Shown here: piece by piece, positions 37,201 through 53,509 of the stretch | How positions within the stretch are numbered: the stretch's first letter is position 1 | Layout: the number at the start of each line of letters is the position of its first letter | Assembly (NCBI GenBank): GCA_964016885.1 | Contig: OZ024748.1 | Location: forward strand, 25,544,001-25,608,000 | DNA: 64,000 nt | Source of the DNA: Eledone cirrhosa | Lineage: Eukaryota | Direction of reading: 5' to 3' | Made by a program: the position numbers and the translations under genes | Notes under the pieces: generated by a model | Databases searched by the model: none | Told to the model about the DNA's origin: nothing | The model's input: only the letters and a program-made list of their open reading frames with translations

Positions 37201-40200
37201 GCCTGGCAATTCATAACTATCAGTTCCACTGACAATCTGAAGAATCAATAGATTATTTCAGAAAGAATCAATATTTTAGTAATGGATTTAAGATAACTTA
37301 AAAACAAAACTAACAACAATAACAATAAAAAAGTAAGAAAATCTTTTGAAAATTATGAAAGTAAACAACAGAAATTTTCTCTTTGTTTCTTTTAATTGAT
37401 CATTTTTTTACACAGTTTGCAACAATTTACAAGGTGTTATCTACATAGTATGGTTTGCTTTAATAAAATACCAGGAGCAGGTAATATTAACGACTACGGT
37501 GACATTAAACATGCTAGCTTAGAATTGATTACATTACAAAAGCAGCACTGTCCACAGGTGTTTATCTGTCGTATGTGTAGTGTCCACAGACATGACTGTC
37601 ATATGGTTAAGAATGTCAATTTGTCTGTCTAGTGTCCACAGAAAATGACTCGTGTGGTCAAGAATGTCAATTTGTCTGTCTAGTGTCCACTGACATGACT
37701 GTCATGTGGTCAAGAATGCCAATTTTCTGTCTAGTGTCCACAGAAAATGGCTGTCAAGTGGTCAAGGGTGTCAGTTTGACTGTCTGTATATATCCACCCC
37801 TCTCATCACTCAATGTCATGGCACATGCATAGCTTTCCCTATCAAACATTAAGCTGAAACCAGTCATGAAAATAACCTCCATTTTGTTGTGACTAGCCAA
37901 CAGAGTGGGGTCCACGTTAAAATGAACACAGTCCGTGGAGTACAGTTGTGGTGTAGTTATTGCTGTGATTGGGATATTTAAGCACACATGCTTCAAAAAA
38001 GCAATAAGATGTTGTTATGTCTGAGAAAGACATGGTAAAATCCACAGTAGGGTGTAAGTAGATGTGCAAACCAAAAGCAGTTTACAGACAAATTTGAATT
38101 CTTAAAAATGTTCAATGTAGACAATTCAAAATGTGAATACTAAATCAAATAGGATGGAAGAATGACTGTACATAAGTGTATTTCAGACACAAATAACCAT
38201 TTATCTGGCTTTTTTATGGCCAAGAAATATTAAAAATAGAAAGAATCTCAGTAACATCATATTAGTAGGGTTTAGAATTTCACTTTAATTTCTCACTTTC
38301 TAATCCGTAATAGGAAAATGCTTGTTTTTCAAAATATTTCTATAAGACCACTGTAGCATATTGTGTACATAGCACTGAAAGCCAGTAATTTATAGATCAA
38401 CATTTTCTGTTGTATTTCTCAAATGATTCTTTCTACTAGGTATTATACATAGATACATACACACAAACATGCCTGTATATACACACACATCTTATCAGCA
38501 ACATATCGCTCCATTCAGTCACATTTGTTACAAGAAAGATTTACATAAATTAATAAGTTAATTTTGAATTCCTGATTGAGTCAACATTTAAATCTGAAAA
38601 TTTACTCTAAAAAGTGTACAAACAAATTTTAAAAAAACAACAACCTTGATTTTGGCAATTTTAAAAATTAGAAATGTGTTTTAAGGCTTAACAAAAGATA
38701 TTTTTATAGCAATTTAGTTACATCTCAAACTTATAAAAAATCCCCCAATTTCTAAAATGTAAATATTATTTGAATTCATTAGATATAGTCTGCTGAGTTC
38801 AGACCAGATAGCAAGGGGTCAGGTGTCACTTTAAAGAGAGAGAACAGTTTATAGCAAGTGATCAAAGACCAGTTTATAACAAGGGACCAGGGACCAACTT
38901 ATAGCGAGAGATCAAGGACCAGTTTATGGCAAGAGATCAGTGACCAGGGACCAATTCATAGCAAGAGATAAGGAACCAGTTCATTGTATTTTCACAGTGA
39001 TTCCTTACTGATGATGTGTTAAAAGACAACAAAATGTATCTTCAATTCTAGAGAGTAGTAGACTAAAAGAAAGTTATATTTCACTCAAGTGAAAGTACAA
39101 AATAATTTTTGCTGAAAGTAAATAAGTAAAGGGTTATATATAATTAAATGTTGAATTAACATACCACAAAATAGTACATTTTAAGTAAACCAGTTATATT
39201 TGCTTCTCTAATCAGCAGTTGGTTAAAATGTGAAACTTTGTATTTAAACTTTTATGACCCTGTTTGTAATGAAATATGCATCCTGTGTATCCTTTAATAT
39301 TTAAAAAAAAATTTTAAATGATGTTTAGAGCATAAGTTAATGAAAGTTTCGAAGATAAGATTATGATGGGAGGTTTTAATATAAATATGAAAATTTCAAA
39401 ACGAGATTTTGTGTCATAAAACCAAGGTGGTTTCAGGTTGGTTGGTATCAAAAGGGTTAAATTGATGTTAAAACATAACTTAATAAAGGTTCAACAGCTT
39501 TCTATCATAAAACCAGGGATGGTTTCAAGTGGGTTGGTATCAAAAGGGTTTTTTAAAAACTTGTAAGTTTATAAATCTAATTTCTGAGAATGAATGTACC
39601 AGTTATATATGAGAATAGGACTGTAAAAAAATAATTAAAACAAAAAGCAAAACAAAATATTGTTGGTTGAGTTTTAAATACAGTCATCCCAATGCAAAAA
39701 ACTATAATAATAGTTGATCATTATAAATAATAGTAAGGAAAGTATCACTGGAGGGAGAAAAATAAATTCAAATTTTTCCAGTGCTCTTTTGTTGGTTAAT
39801 TTACAAAATAAATTAATATTAAGACAAGACCTAGTCTGATTCTTGCCTTATTATCATAACAGTAGAATAAAAAGCTTCTGAAAATATAGTGTTTGAGGGT
39901 TGGGTGGGTTATCATGTGATTGGAGGGAAAATAAATAGGAGTATACACAATGTTTCCAAAAAGTGGACCTAATTAAAAAATAAAATCTAAAAATTAGTTG
40001 CTGTGCTCAAAAACAAAATATGAAGGTTTTGGCATGGAAAAAAAAACATTCCATTTGTGAGATGTATTTTCATATGTCTGGGAGGTCAGTAACCCCGCTT
40101 CAGTATTGAATTGGTCTATGTAGCTCCATCCAACCCTTGCTAGCAGACAATGTGGACATTAAATGATGATGATGATGATGATATTTTAGGTTGTTATTTT

Positions 40201-41761
40201 TAGAATTATTAAATTAGGTATTACTGTATTGAAAGTTTCTTATGAGAGCTATTTTGAATGATAGTGAAAAAGAGATGATATTTTAGAGTGTGCCACATAC
40301 CATGTGGCACATCATTAGACATGCCATTCAGAAAGCCAAATGTGCCACAATTACCCATGACTGCTTTAGGTATAATGTAATATGCCATGATGAGTAAATT
40401 GTCTGGAAACTTGGTGCCAATCATTGCTAAGACAAAGTTTGATGATAATAATAATGGTTTCTGTTTTAGACACAAGGCCAACAATTTTGGGGGAAGGAGC
40501 AAGTCGATTAAATCGACCCCAGTGTGTTACTGGTACTTCATTTTATCAACCCTGTGAGGATGAAAGGCAGAGCTAATCTCAGCAGGATTTGAACACCAAA
40601 CGCAAAGGGACGTAACTATATATAGCGCAAAATGTCTGACACACTACTGATACTAATAATAAGTAAATAAATAAATAAAATGGAATGTGGGAATTGAAAC
40701 ATGTCACTAAATCAATTAACCAAGTGATAAGTTTAACTCTGAACATTTTGTAAAGATTTAACAGGTTTGCTAATTCAAATGTTTATAATATCTTTACATT
40801 TTCACAACAATCTGTTCACTAGTAAACTATAGATTAAATACTTTGATTTTTAACATGATGCAGTCACAGTGTTGTTTTCTACTTTTCAAGAATGCCTTGA
40901 TAATATAGTTTCAGTTTGGTAAGTTTGCTTTAATTAAGATAAAATTTATTTAATTTTTTTTTCAAATTAAATTCAGTGAGAACGTTATTTGGGACAATAA
41001 AAGTATTAGAAATTTGAAGAAAATGAAATTTCAAACCTGAGTAGCATCAAGTTACATGTAAAAGATTGTTAGTGTTTTAAAAGAAAAAAAAAAAACAATG
41101 AGTAGCAGCAGCAGTAGCACAATAGGGGTCCTGGATCCAAATATGAGGGAACCCCAAAGTGGTCTCTATTGACTCCCAGGAGTGCCTGGGACCACCCAAA
41201 GGCACGATTGAACTTTTCAGATGAAACCCAAGAAATGAAAATACATAAAATAATAATGGTTTCTGATTTAGGCACAAGGCCAGCAATTTGAAGGGGAGAG
41301 TAAAGTCGATTAAATTGACCCTAGTGCATTATTGGTACATTATCTTATCGACCCATTAAGGATGAAAGGCAAAGCTAACCTTGGTGGGATTTCAACTGAG
41401 AACGTAAAGGGATGTAACTAGATGTCCCAAAACATGCTGTCCAATACTTTACCGATTACTGTCAATTCACCACCCTAAAAAATACATAAATACAATAAAA
41501 TACAACCTGCTTCTACAGGCTTCTCATTTATTTAGTAATTTATTCATTTTTGTACATGTTGGGGTGGGGATTGATGAGGGTTTAAGGATTCCATAAAGAG
41601 TTTTATGGTCTAAAACGTTTGAGGATCCCTGGTTTTGATATAAGACACGGTCTTATAGTAGATCAGTACATCTTTTAAATGCACAATTTATTTAATTAGT
41701 TTTGATGATTAAATAATTAGAAATTGAAACAATATTCAAAAACCATTATAACAGTTTTAAA

Positions 41762-41945
41762 CCAACGTATCGACCACTCTCTGATAGGTTTGTGGTAGAG
41801 CCTGTAGCAGTGGAGACTTCTGGTGTTCTTGGACCATATCCCTGCTCACTGCTATCAGAGTAAAGCTGGATGACCCAGCATATCTCCCTTACCATCCTCC
41901 AGAGCAATGTATTCTCAATCCTGTTAACCGAGACTAAGAGGTAGA
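41762..41945 (+). mobile_element. CRE-like (REL-endonuclease) non-LTR retrotransposon 3' remnant
   Basis: Translates as YRPLSDRFVVEPVAVETSGVLGP...QHISLTILQSNVFSIL, resembling the F.P.AVET.G..G...QR.S...QRGNA motif. Confidence 0.6.
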
Positions 41946-44758
41946 CGGAAAGTTAGTTGGAGATGGAGGATACTCATTCAGACATCACACATACTCAACC
42001 ATATACACAGTCCAACGAATTTAAATATGTTTATAGCTGTTATTAACCCTTTAAATACCATATTTCTAATGAAATACTATGTTTCAATTAAATAATGAAA
42101 CATTTGGAGGGATTTATTAAAATGATTAATTGTGTTATTGTTAAGATGGAATTTCTAATATCTCTTAAATGGTTCTTATATTAAATTATGTTGGAAAATT
42201 TTAATTTAAACAGGAACTTAAAAGGGGTGGTTTTGTTTCATATAACCTGTGGTAGGTTAATAAAAAGATTAACTTGTCAACAAAATTTAATGATTAGTAA
42301 CTTATAGTGATAGTAGTTTTTTTAATCAAAATTAATTAATGAATGAATAGCAATGAGTTTATAAGAGAGAAATAGATTGCAAAAGAAGCTAAAAAAATAA
42401 GAGGATTGTTTTTTAATCCAGACATATAAACATAATTTTGAAATAAAAGTTTCTAATTTTGATTAGAAATAAAATTATGAGATATACTTTTATTATAGAT
42501 CTTTTCAATCAGAATTTATTAACACTTTCATTAGCATATCTAATGAAATACACAGCTAATGTGTTTTAATTAATTTTGAAAGTGATAAAAAAAATTGAGT
42601 AATTTAATAAAATAATTTTTTCATTACTTATCTGGTGTTTGAAACATTAATTAACAAAAAGTTCTTACATAAAATTACAAACACCTTAAAATGAGAAATT
42701 TTATATCATGCAACAGGGGTGTTTTCTGGCAGGTTGGTATGAAATGGGTTAAAAAAGAAATTAAAAAATGTCTTTTTTAAGTTAATCAACTATCTAAAGT
42801 ATCAAACTGAAAAATACTTCAATATCCCTAAACATTTTAACAATTCTCCTAAATTAGAATTCCTGCAAAAATGGTAAAGATAAATTGATATGAGATAAGA
42901 ACAATGTCAAGTTCACCAAAAACCAAAGCGGAAAAAGCAGGTGATTCTCATGTCTATGAACTTATTACAGGTAGATGGTTGATGACCAAGTTCTAATTTT
43001 ATTAGAGATGAATTATTATCATGACCTAATGTTTCCCCTCCCACTGTGGTATGACCCTTAACTTTAATCAATGCCGCCCCAGTGCTGGTGCCATGATAAA
43101 AATGCACCCAGCTTACTCTGTAAAGGAGTAGGGCTGGTACCACAACAAAAAGTGCCTAGTTCACCCTGTCAGGTGGGAGTGCCAGAATCACAATAAACTT
43201 TATTCAGTACAGACTGTAAAGTGGTTGACATTAAGAAGGATATCCAGCTGTTGTAACCAAGCCAAAAATGGAACATATGAGCAAGATATGTTTACAAGAC
43301 CAGTTCAACCTAAAAACATGACCTGTCTAACCCATGCAAGCATGGAAAATAGATGTTAAACAGTGACAATGATTATGTGTCTAAGAAATACTTAAGAAAT
43401 CAATTTGGTGGTAGATGGATTTGTTTCTATTACATATTACATGTCAGAGCACAAATGGTGACAATGGAACCATAAAGAATGTCACATTAGTTTCAAGTTA
43501 AATAAGGAGATAATGGTGAAGATGAAAAGGGACCAGCAATAATGTTTCAAAATAGGTAAATGATGTACTCTCCTTGAAATATTTCATTTATTTAGTTAAT
43601 TATTTTTTTCAGAAGATAATAGAAAAGACCTGTTCACCAGTACAGGCAGTGCAACAGTAAATGTAAAGATGTTGAGAGATCAGAAGCTACAGTATTTCGT
43701 GATAAAACAGAGATAATGTATGGTCTGAGGACTCTTACGCCTGCACAATCATGTGACAATCTCCCTAGTGCTGGTGTCAGGATAAAAATCACTCAGTGCA
43801 CCCTGTAAAATAGTGCTGGTGCCAAGATAAAACACACCTAGTCCATCCTCTAAAATGTTAGTGTTGGTGCCACAATAAAATGCACCCAGTTTACTCTGTA
43901 AAGTGGTAGTGTTGGTGCCATGAAAACAAAAACGTACCCAGTACACCCTATAAGATGGTTGGTGTTAGGGAGGACATCCAGCTGTTGAAATCATGCCACA
44001 TGTGGAACGTATGAATGTGATGAGCTTGCTTCAACATGTCTGGTTTTGAACTGTAACAACCTGTCCAACCCATGCCTGTGGACATAAGTGGTCGTAAAAA
44101 TGATGATGAAGATGACAATGAGAGAACACTGAGGAAATATATTCTATAACAAACCAACTCTTAGTTATAAATTAGTTTTATATAATGAGTTTAGATAAGT
44201 TTGTAATCTGAGAGAGACATTTGTGTTTTGAAATGTTAAAAATATTTTGTTTCTCACAGACCAAAGATCAGTTACCCAAAACACCAGATTCCTCTGCAAC
44301 ATACAAATATATCATACTCATGAACTTCACGGGATAAGTTTTGCCAATGCAGACCACCACCACTTTCAACACAACTTATTTCTTCCAGAGAAAGAAAGAG
44401 AGATAGTAAATTAGAAAGAGACTTAGAAGAAGAATTGACTCCAATATGAGACAGGTACTTAATTTATTGACTTTTAAAGGAGGAAAGGCAAATTTGATCA
44501 TGGTGGGATTTGAACTCAAAGCACAAAGAGTCAGAATGAATACCAACATTTAATGACTCTGCCAATTCGTTCTATACAGCTGGTAGAATAAATGAAGTTG
44601 AAGACATAGAAAAGAGAATGGATGAAATTAGTAACTGAGAGGGGCTGCAATCTAACATACGTATTTCATGGGACACATATTTTTCAAAATATTATTATAA
44701 GATAAATATAGAGAGAGAGAGAGAGGGTGAGAGAGAGAGAGAGAGTGAGAGAGAGAGA

Positions 44759-44798
<40 letters not shown>

Positions 44799-44996
44799 CA
44801 GCACCATCATTACACTGCTTAATGCAACAGTATATGTGCTACAAAAAAAAACAACATATTCCACATGTTATATAAATTATATATATTTCATATAATACTT
44901 TGAGTCTGAAAAGGCTTACTGAACACAAGCCCAAATTGCTTGGCGTTACGGTTGGGTTTATACCTTCCTCTCTCTTTATATATACACATATATATG

Positions 44997-45080
<84 letters not shown>

Positions 45081-46152
45081 GACTAGCCTACAAATTTAGA
45101 AGGGCCCTAAAGAAACATAATCTCAATATTAAGATAGTAGAAAGACCTGGTACCTCCGTAAAAACACTTATTAGCAAGACATACCCGTTCCAAAGACCCT
45201 CATGTATAGATAAGAAATGTATAACCTGTAAAATAAGCCCCCATATTAACTGTAAAACTAGAAATGTAGTATATAGCATAAGATGTACTGAGGGACAATG
45301 TAGAAACAAAAATGTAGTGTACATAGGTGAGACAGCTCGTAGTATAGGGGAACGAATAAATGAACACTGGCGAGACCTCCAAGATAGTAAAGAATCATCT
45401 GTGCTCTACCAACATGCTAAGATAGAACACAGGGGTAAATTAGAGAGCATAGAAATAAAAATAGAATCCACACACAAGAAAGACGCAATGTTTAGGCAAA
45501 TTACAGAGGCAGTAAGCATAAAAGAATTAAAACCAAAATTAAATAGAAAATATGAGTGGAACAGCAACATCACAACTTACAATTAAGGACAAAATGAAAA
45601 CACACACACACATAGAACAAACAACTTACAATCGAAAACACACACAAAATGAAAACACACACAAGACAAAATGAAAACACACACACACATAGAACAAACA
45701 ACCAACCAACAATAAATAAATAAATAAACAAACAAATAGAAAAATATAAATAGATAAATAGAAAAATGAACACAAACACACACAGACACCCGGATGTGGC
45801 GCATGCGCAAACTGAGCACGCAACCCACACACAAACAAAATGGCGTAGGATAGAAGAAAGGAAAGACACAGAAACGAAGAACGAAATCCCCAGTCACTGA
45901 AGAGGTCACAGAGTGTGTGACGAAAGAACTATGACTATATATATATAAACAACTATCTGGTTGTGGAACCAACCAACCAACCAGAAATTTATAAATTTGT
46001 AAATTTATAAATATTTAATAAATTAAATTGAAGTGAAAGCAACTGGTGCGTGTGTTTCTTATTGGCAACATGACCCTCCCAAAGTATAACAATATCGGTT
46101 TCAACACACGATTTCAGATAAAGAATCTTGCTAAACAAATTCAGAAACGAAA
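45081..46152 (+). mobile_element. Penelope-like element, 5'-truncated: GIY-YIG endonuclease, 3'UTR, hammerhead and pseudo-LTR
   Basis: NVVYSIRC...YIGETARS...R..EH, RQITEAVSI and LNRKYEW motifs with a Cys-rich linker. Flanked by (TA)n. Confidence 0.9.
45892..45936 (+). ncRNA. Minimal type I hammerhead ribozyme
   Basis: Stem I AGUCA/UGACU, core CUGAAGA, stem II GUCACA/UGUGAC, GAAA, short stem III, predicted cut after CUA. Confidence 0.75.
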
Positions 46153-46156
46153 TATA

Positions 46157-46332
<176 letters not shown>

Positions 46333-46336
46333 TGTG

Positions 46337-46466
<130 letters not shown>

Positions 46467-46471
46467 TGTAT

Positions 46472-47079
46472 GTCAGGTCACCAGTTGGTGCTACTGGTAA
46501 CATGTATCCCAGTACAACCTGTCTCATGGTCGGGTCGTTGGCGACTAAACTGGCAACCCCACCAAGGTTTCTTGGTGAGGAGGGTGACTTTGGACATCCT
46601 GCAGGACTAAAAACAAAACCTGTCAAAGGTCAAAGGAGCTCTTAAGAGTCAATGGCCATCCAAAATCACCGGGAGAGATGACCCCTTAGCCTTAGTCAAG
46701 GTAGAATTCTAGGAGAAGGAAAACTCTGATATAACACCTGCAACCCTGATGATATCCAATGATGTTGACTTGTTCTTCTTTTTGGTAAATATCATCTTGG
46801 TTAAGAGAGTGGGACTGGCTTTGTGCAGTGCCTTTGCTCACTATAAAAGCTTCACGGCACAGGCATTGCTTTATATCTGGAGATCTCTCTGCATTTGTCG
46901 TCACATGGTACCATGGGCCCAGCACTATGTGTCAATAATTGTCACAAGTGTAGTGTTTGTACCAGAGTTTTGAAGTCGCTGGTTAGACTAAAAAGTCACA
47001 CTCGTTCAGCGTATTGGTAGGGGTTCTCCTACATGGATATAAAGTAGTGGCCGTACTCGAAAACGAGTTGGCAGCCACC
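46472..47079 (+). mobile_element. About 610-bp non-coding (TA)n-flanked element with an RTE-5'UTR-like motif
   Basis: Second copy at 2461-2851. Contains CTAGGAGAAGGAAAACTCTGA and a terminal hairpin. Confidence 0.75.
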
Positions 47080-47135
<56 letters not shown>

Positions 47136-47171
47136 GTATATGTATATATATATATATGTATATGTATATAT

Positions 47172-47203
<32 letters not shown>

Positions 47204-47217
47204 GTATATGTATATAT

Positions 47218-47922
<705 letters not shown>

Positions 47923-47937
47923 ATATATATATATATA

Positions 47938-48014
<77 letters not shown>

Positions 48015-48037
48015 GTATATATATATATATATGTATA

Positions 48038-48136
<99 letters not shown>

Positions 48137-48137
48137 G

Positions 48138-48199
<62 letters not shown>

Positions 48200-48201
<2 letters not shown>

Positions 48202-49231
48202 ACTTTGAATAACTTTGAAATGTTTTGGCCAGTATTGGCCCAGGCCATGTCTAACTTAATAGCACCACCTGGCGAAGTCTTTCAATTCAGGATTTGGGCA
48301 CCATGGCCCATTCGAGAAGAGAATTACTGTTTGCGGAGACATATCCGGGTGTGGGTGGTTTGTCCGGGATTACTTGGAGGAATTTGTCCAAAGACTTCTT
48401 GAATTTTGTGTGGTCAGTTTCTGTTTTGACGTGTCCTGGTGTGATGTTGAAGAGAGCAGGGCCGATTGAGGTGAAATAATTGTGCCGTATTGTTGTTATG
48501 AGTTGCGATTTAGATTTTTGAATGGGACGGATAGCACGGGGCCCAAGCCTTGGGTGTATCTTGAAGGCGATGCCAACATCATTTGGGCAGTGATGATGGA
48601 ACATTTTCCACATCATGCAGATAATATAACGCTCACGGCGACGTTGGAGTGAGTAAAGTTTCAGGTTTTCCAATCGACCCCAGTAGTCAAGGTCTGACAT
48701 GCCATCTATCTTTTTCGTGATTGCCCTTTGAGGAGCTTCAAGTTTCATGATACTTTGTTTCGTGTGGGGAGACCACAGTGGACAACAGTATTCAAGGTGT
48801 GGTCGGGCGAAAGTAGAGAAGAGAAGGATAATGGTGCGGGAATCTCTCGACTGGAAGGTTCTGAGGATCCAGGAACACATTCTGCGGGCCATGTCAACTT
48901 TGCTGCTTATATGCGTGGTCCAGCTTATGTTGCTGTCCACGGTTACTCCCAAGTCTCTGATGTTGTTAGATGCCACGAGAGTTTCCCCGGAGGGAAGGGA
49001 GTACGGGAGTTTCAGAGCATCCTCTTTTCCAAAGTGGATCAGTTCGAATTTATCTTCGTTCAGTAACATGTTGTTCTTTTCTGCCCATTGGGTAACAGCC
49101 AGTAGGTCTGACTGAAGGCTTATCCGGTCATCCACGCCATTGATGACCTTTTGGAGCTTGGAATCATCAGCGAAAATTTTAATGTTGCTGTATTCATATG
49201 TATATATATAAATTTTAATGTTGCTGTATTC

Positions 49232-49236
<5 letters not shown>
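48200..49236 (-). mobile_element. Young CR1-clade LINE, 5'-truncated (RT end and C-terminus)
   Basis: Uninterrupted [26 protein letters not shown] and [11 protein letters not shown]. Short-repeat tail at about 48200-48220. Confidence 0.9.
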
Positions 49237-50689
<1,453 letters not shown>

Positions 50690-51013
50690 ATGGCTTAGTG
50701 GTTAGAGCATTGGCCTTGCACTCGAAAGGTTGTGAGTTCAATTCTCAGACCGGGTGATGTGTTGTTTCCTTGAGCAAGGCACTTTATTTCACATTGCTCC
50801 AGTTTACTCAGCTGTAGAAATGAGATGATAGGGAACCCAGTCCCTATCATTCCACTGTAAAGTGGTCATGGAGGTGCCACGGCAAAAAAGCACCCACTGT
50901 AAATGAGGTTGGTGTTAGGAAGGGCATCCAGCTGTAGAAATCAAGCCAGCATCAGTTCCCGTCCCACCCTTGCAAGCAGGGAATAGCGGACGTAAAATGA
51001 TGATGATGATGAT
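50690..51013 (+). mobile_element. tRNA-derived SINE with RTE-B tail
   Basis: A and B boxes present. Same family as 9608-9946. Confidence 0.9.
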
Positions 51014-51160
51014 ATATATACATATATATATACATATACATATCATTTCATTTTTTTTTTTTCAAAAAATGAAATGATATATGTATATATATGTGTATAT
51101 ATATATATATGTACATATATGTATATATATATACATATATGTATACATATATATATGTAA

Positions 51161-51405
51161 ATATTATTATACTTTGGGAGGGTCATGTTGCCAATAAGAA
51201 ACACACGCACCAGTTGCTTTCACTTCAATTTATTATAATAAATTTATAAATTTCCGGTTGGTTGGTTGGTTCCACAACCAGATGATTGTTTATATATTGT
51301 CAAAGTTCTTTCGTCACACATTATGTGACCTCTTCAGTGACTGGGGATTCTTTTTTTGTTTTTGTGCCTCTCCTTTGTTCTGTCCTACGCCATCTTGTTT
51401 TGTGT
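51161..51405 (-). mobile_element. Second Penelope 3'UTR/pseudo-LTR copy with hammerhead at 51299-51342
   Basis: Reverse complement of about 45830-46095. CUGAAGA, GUCACA/UGUGAC and GAAA are retained. Confidence 0.85.
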
Positions 51406-51409
51406 GACA

Positions 51410-51645
51410 CACAAAATTCCTGAGATCCATGGACAAGTTCTCTCCAGCGGTCTCTATCCCTCATTATCGCTGCCATGTCCTGCGTCTCCAACAGACCAGG
51501 GTCTGTCCTTAGGGCATCAACATACATTAACCTTGGCCTTCCTCTTCCAGTGTGTCCATGTAGGGGCTCCCACAGGAGCACTGAGTGCAATGTCAACTCT
51601 GGATGTCGGTGAGCATGTCCAGCTAACCTCAGTCTCCTCTGTCAC
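51410..51645 (-). mobile_element. RTE-clade 3' fragment (fourth family)
   Basis: RRLRLAGHAHRHPE...LLWEP.HG..GRGRP...YVD.L. Confidence 0.8.
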
Positions 51646-52345
51646 TTTTGTATATTGTATATGTATATGTAATATATATATATATATACATATATATTAT
51701 CTTTTATATATTATTTATCATTATATTATTTCTTCCTACTCTAACCTTCTGTGATTTAACCAATACATATGTATATATTTAATATTTTCATATTAATAAT
51801 ATTTATACACTCATCACATCTACTATACACCACTATAACTTTAACCACCACCACCACCACTATTTTCAACAATCATATTATGTTCATTTTTTCACATATA
51901 TATATTTTTTTACTTATTTTTTATCATCTTCTTTCTAACTTACTTATTTATTTTTTCTCTTTTTCTTTTTCTTTATTATTGATGTTGTTATTTGAATTTT
52001 CCTAGTATATTACAAATGTTGTGTATAATTTTTGTCAGTTATCCCAATGATTTGATTAGGCATACATGTATTTAAGATTTAGTGACATCACTTCAAATGA
52101 TTAGCAATCTTTAGATACCCTAACCAATGAAACAATTGTTAAAACTGTAAAAGCCCTTTTTGTACTGTTGACCATGTTATTCTTCACTCTTTCACTATTA
52201 TTACTTCTACATAGGAATTCCCGGGAACTCGCCACCTAACTAAGGAAACCTTTTGTTGAGTCAAACAACGCCGTACGTTAGAACTATCCACAATACAGAG
52301 TATTCACAACCTCTAACTGGATTACCTATAATGATAATTTGTTAT

Positions 52346-52393
<48 letters not shown>

Positions 52394-53258
52394 TACATAT
52401 ATATATATACACATATATATATATACACATATATATATATATATATATACACATATATATATATATATACACACATATATATATATATATACACATATAT
52501 ATATATATACACATATATATATATATACACATAAATATATACATGTATATGTACACACATATATACACATATATATACACATCCATTCAGATATACACAC
52601 ACATATATATATACACACATATATTTATACATATATATATATACACATATACATATATATACACATATACACATATACATATATATACACATATACATAT
52701 ACACATATATATACAAACATATATGCACATACACATATACAAACATATATACACATATAATCATACATACATATACATATATATATATATACATACATAC
52801 ATATATATATATATATACATACATACATATATATATATATATACATACATATATATATATATATACATACATATTCACATATATATATACACATTCATAT
52901 ATATATACACACATATACATACATATACACCCTGCTATCCAGGATCCTGGATGAGCCCACAGCCCGGTACAAAGGTAACCTAAGTGCAGAAGCAATGAAC
53001 TCTCTCTTACAACAGTGGCCACTCAACACAGGCTGGAGATAGAATGTGTAGCAACAAGGGCAGTGCCCCAGCATGGCCTCGGCTGGATGGCTGGAACAGG
53101 TAAAAGAAAGAATAAAAAAATATATACACACACACACACACACATCCCGTTAAGGGTGATTATTTGTTTAAACTTTAATCTGTTCTTATAATAAATATTT
53201 CCTCTACGGGTTTTCATATATATACATGTATGTATATATATATATGTGTGTGTGTGTA

Positions 53259-53363
<105 letters not shown>

Positions 53364-53372
53364 ATATATATG

Positions 53373-53509
<137 letters not shown>

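Noticed and set aside
44905-44945. Hammerhead-like CTGAAAA-GGCTT...AAGCC-CAAA
   Set aside because: Both core boxes are mutated and no stem I or III is visible. At most a dead PLE remnant.
47000-47079. Alternative HDV-like fold on the minus strand of the element's 3' end (GGUGGC/GCCACU)
   Set aside because: No CC/GG P1.1 pairing. A simple hairpin around ACTCG-TTTT-CGAGT explains the complementarity.
50690-50760. tRNA-like sequence with A and B boxes (also near 9900 and 33300)
   Set aside because: No acceptor stem, and it continues into a SINE body and LINE-derived tail.
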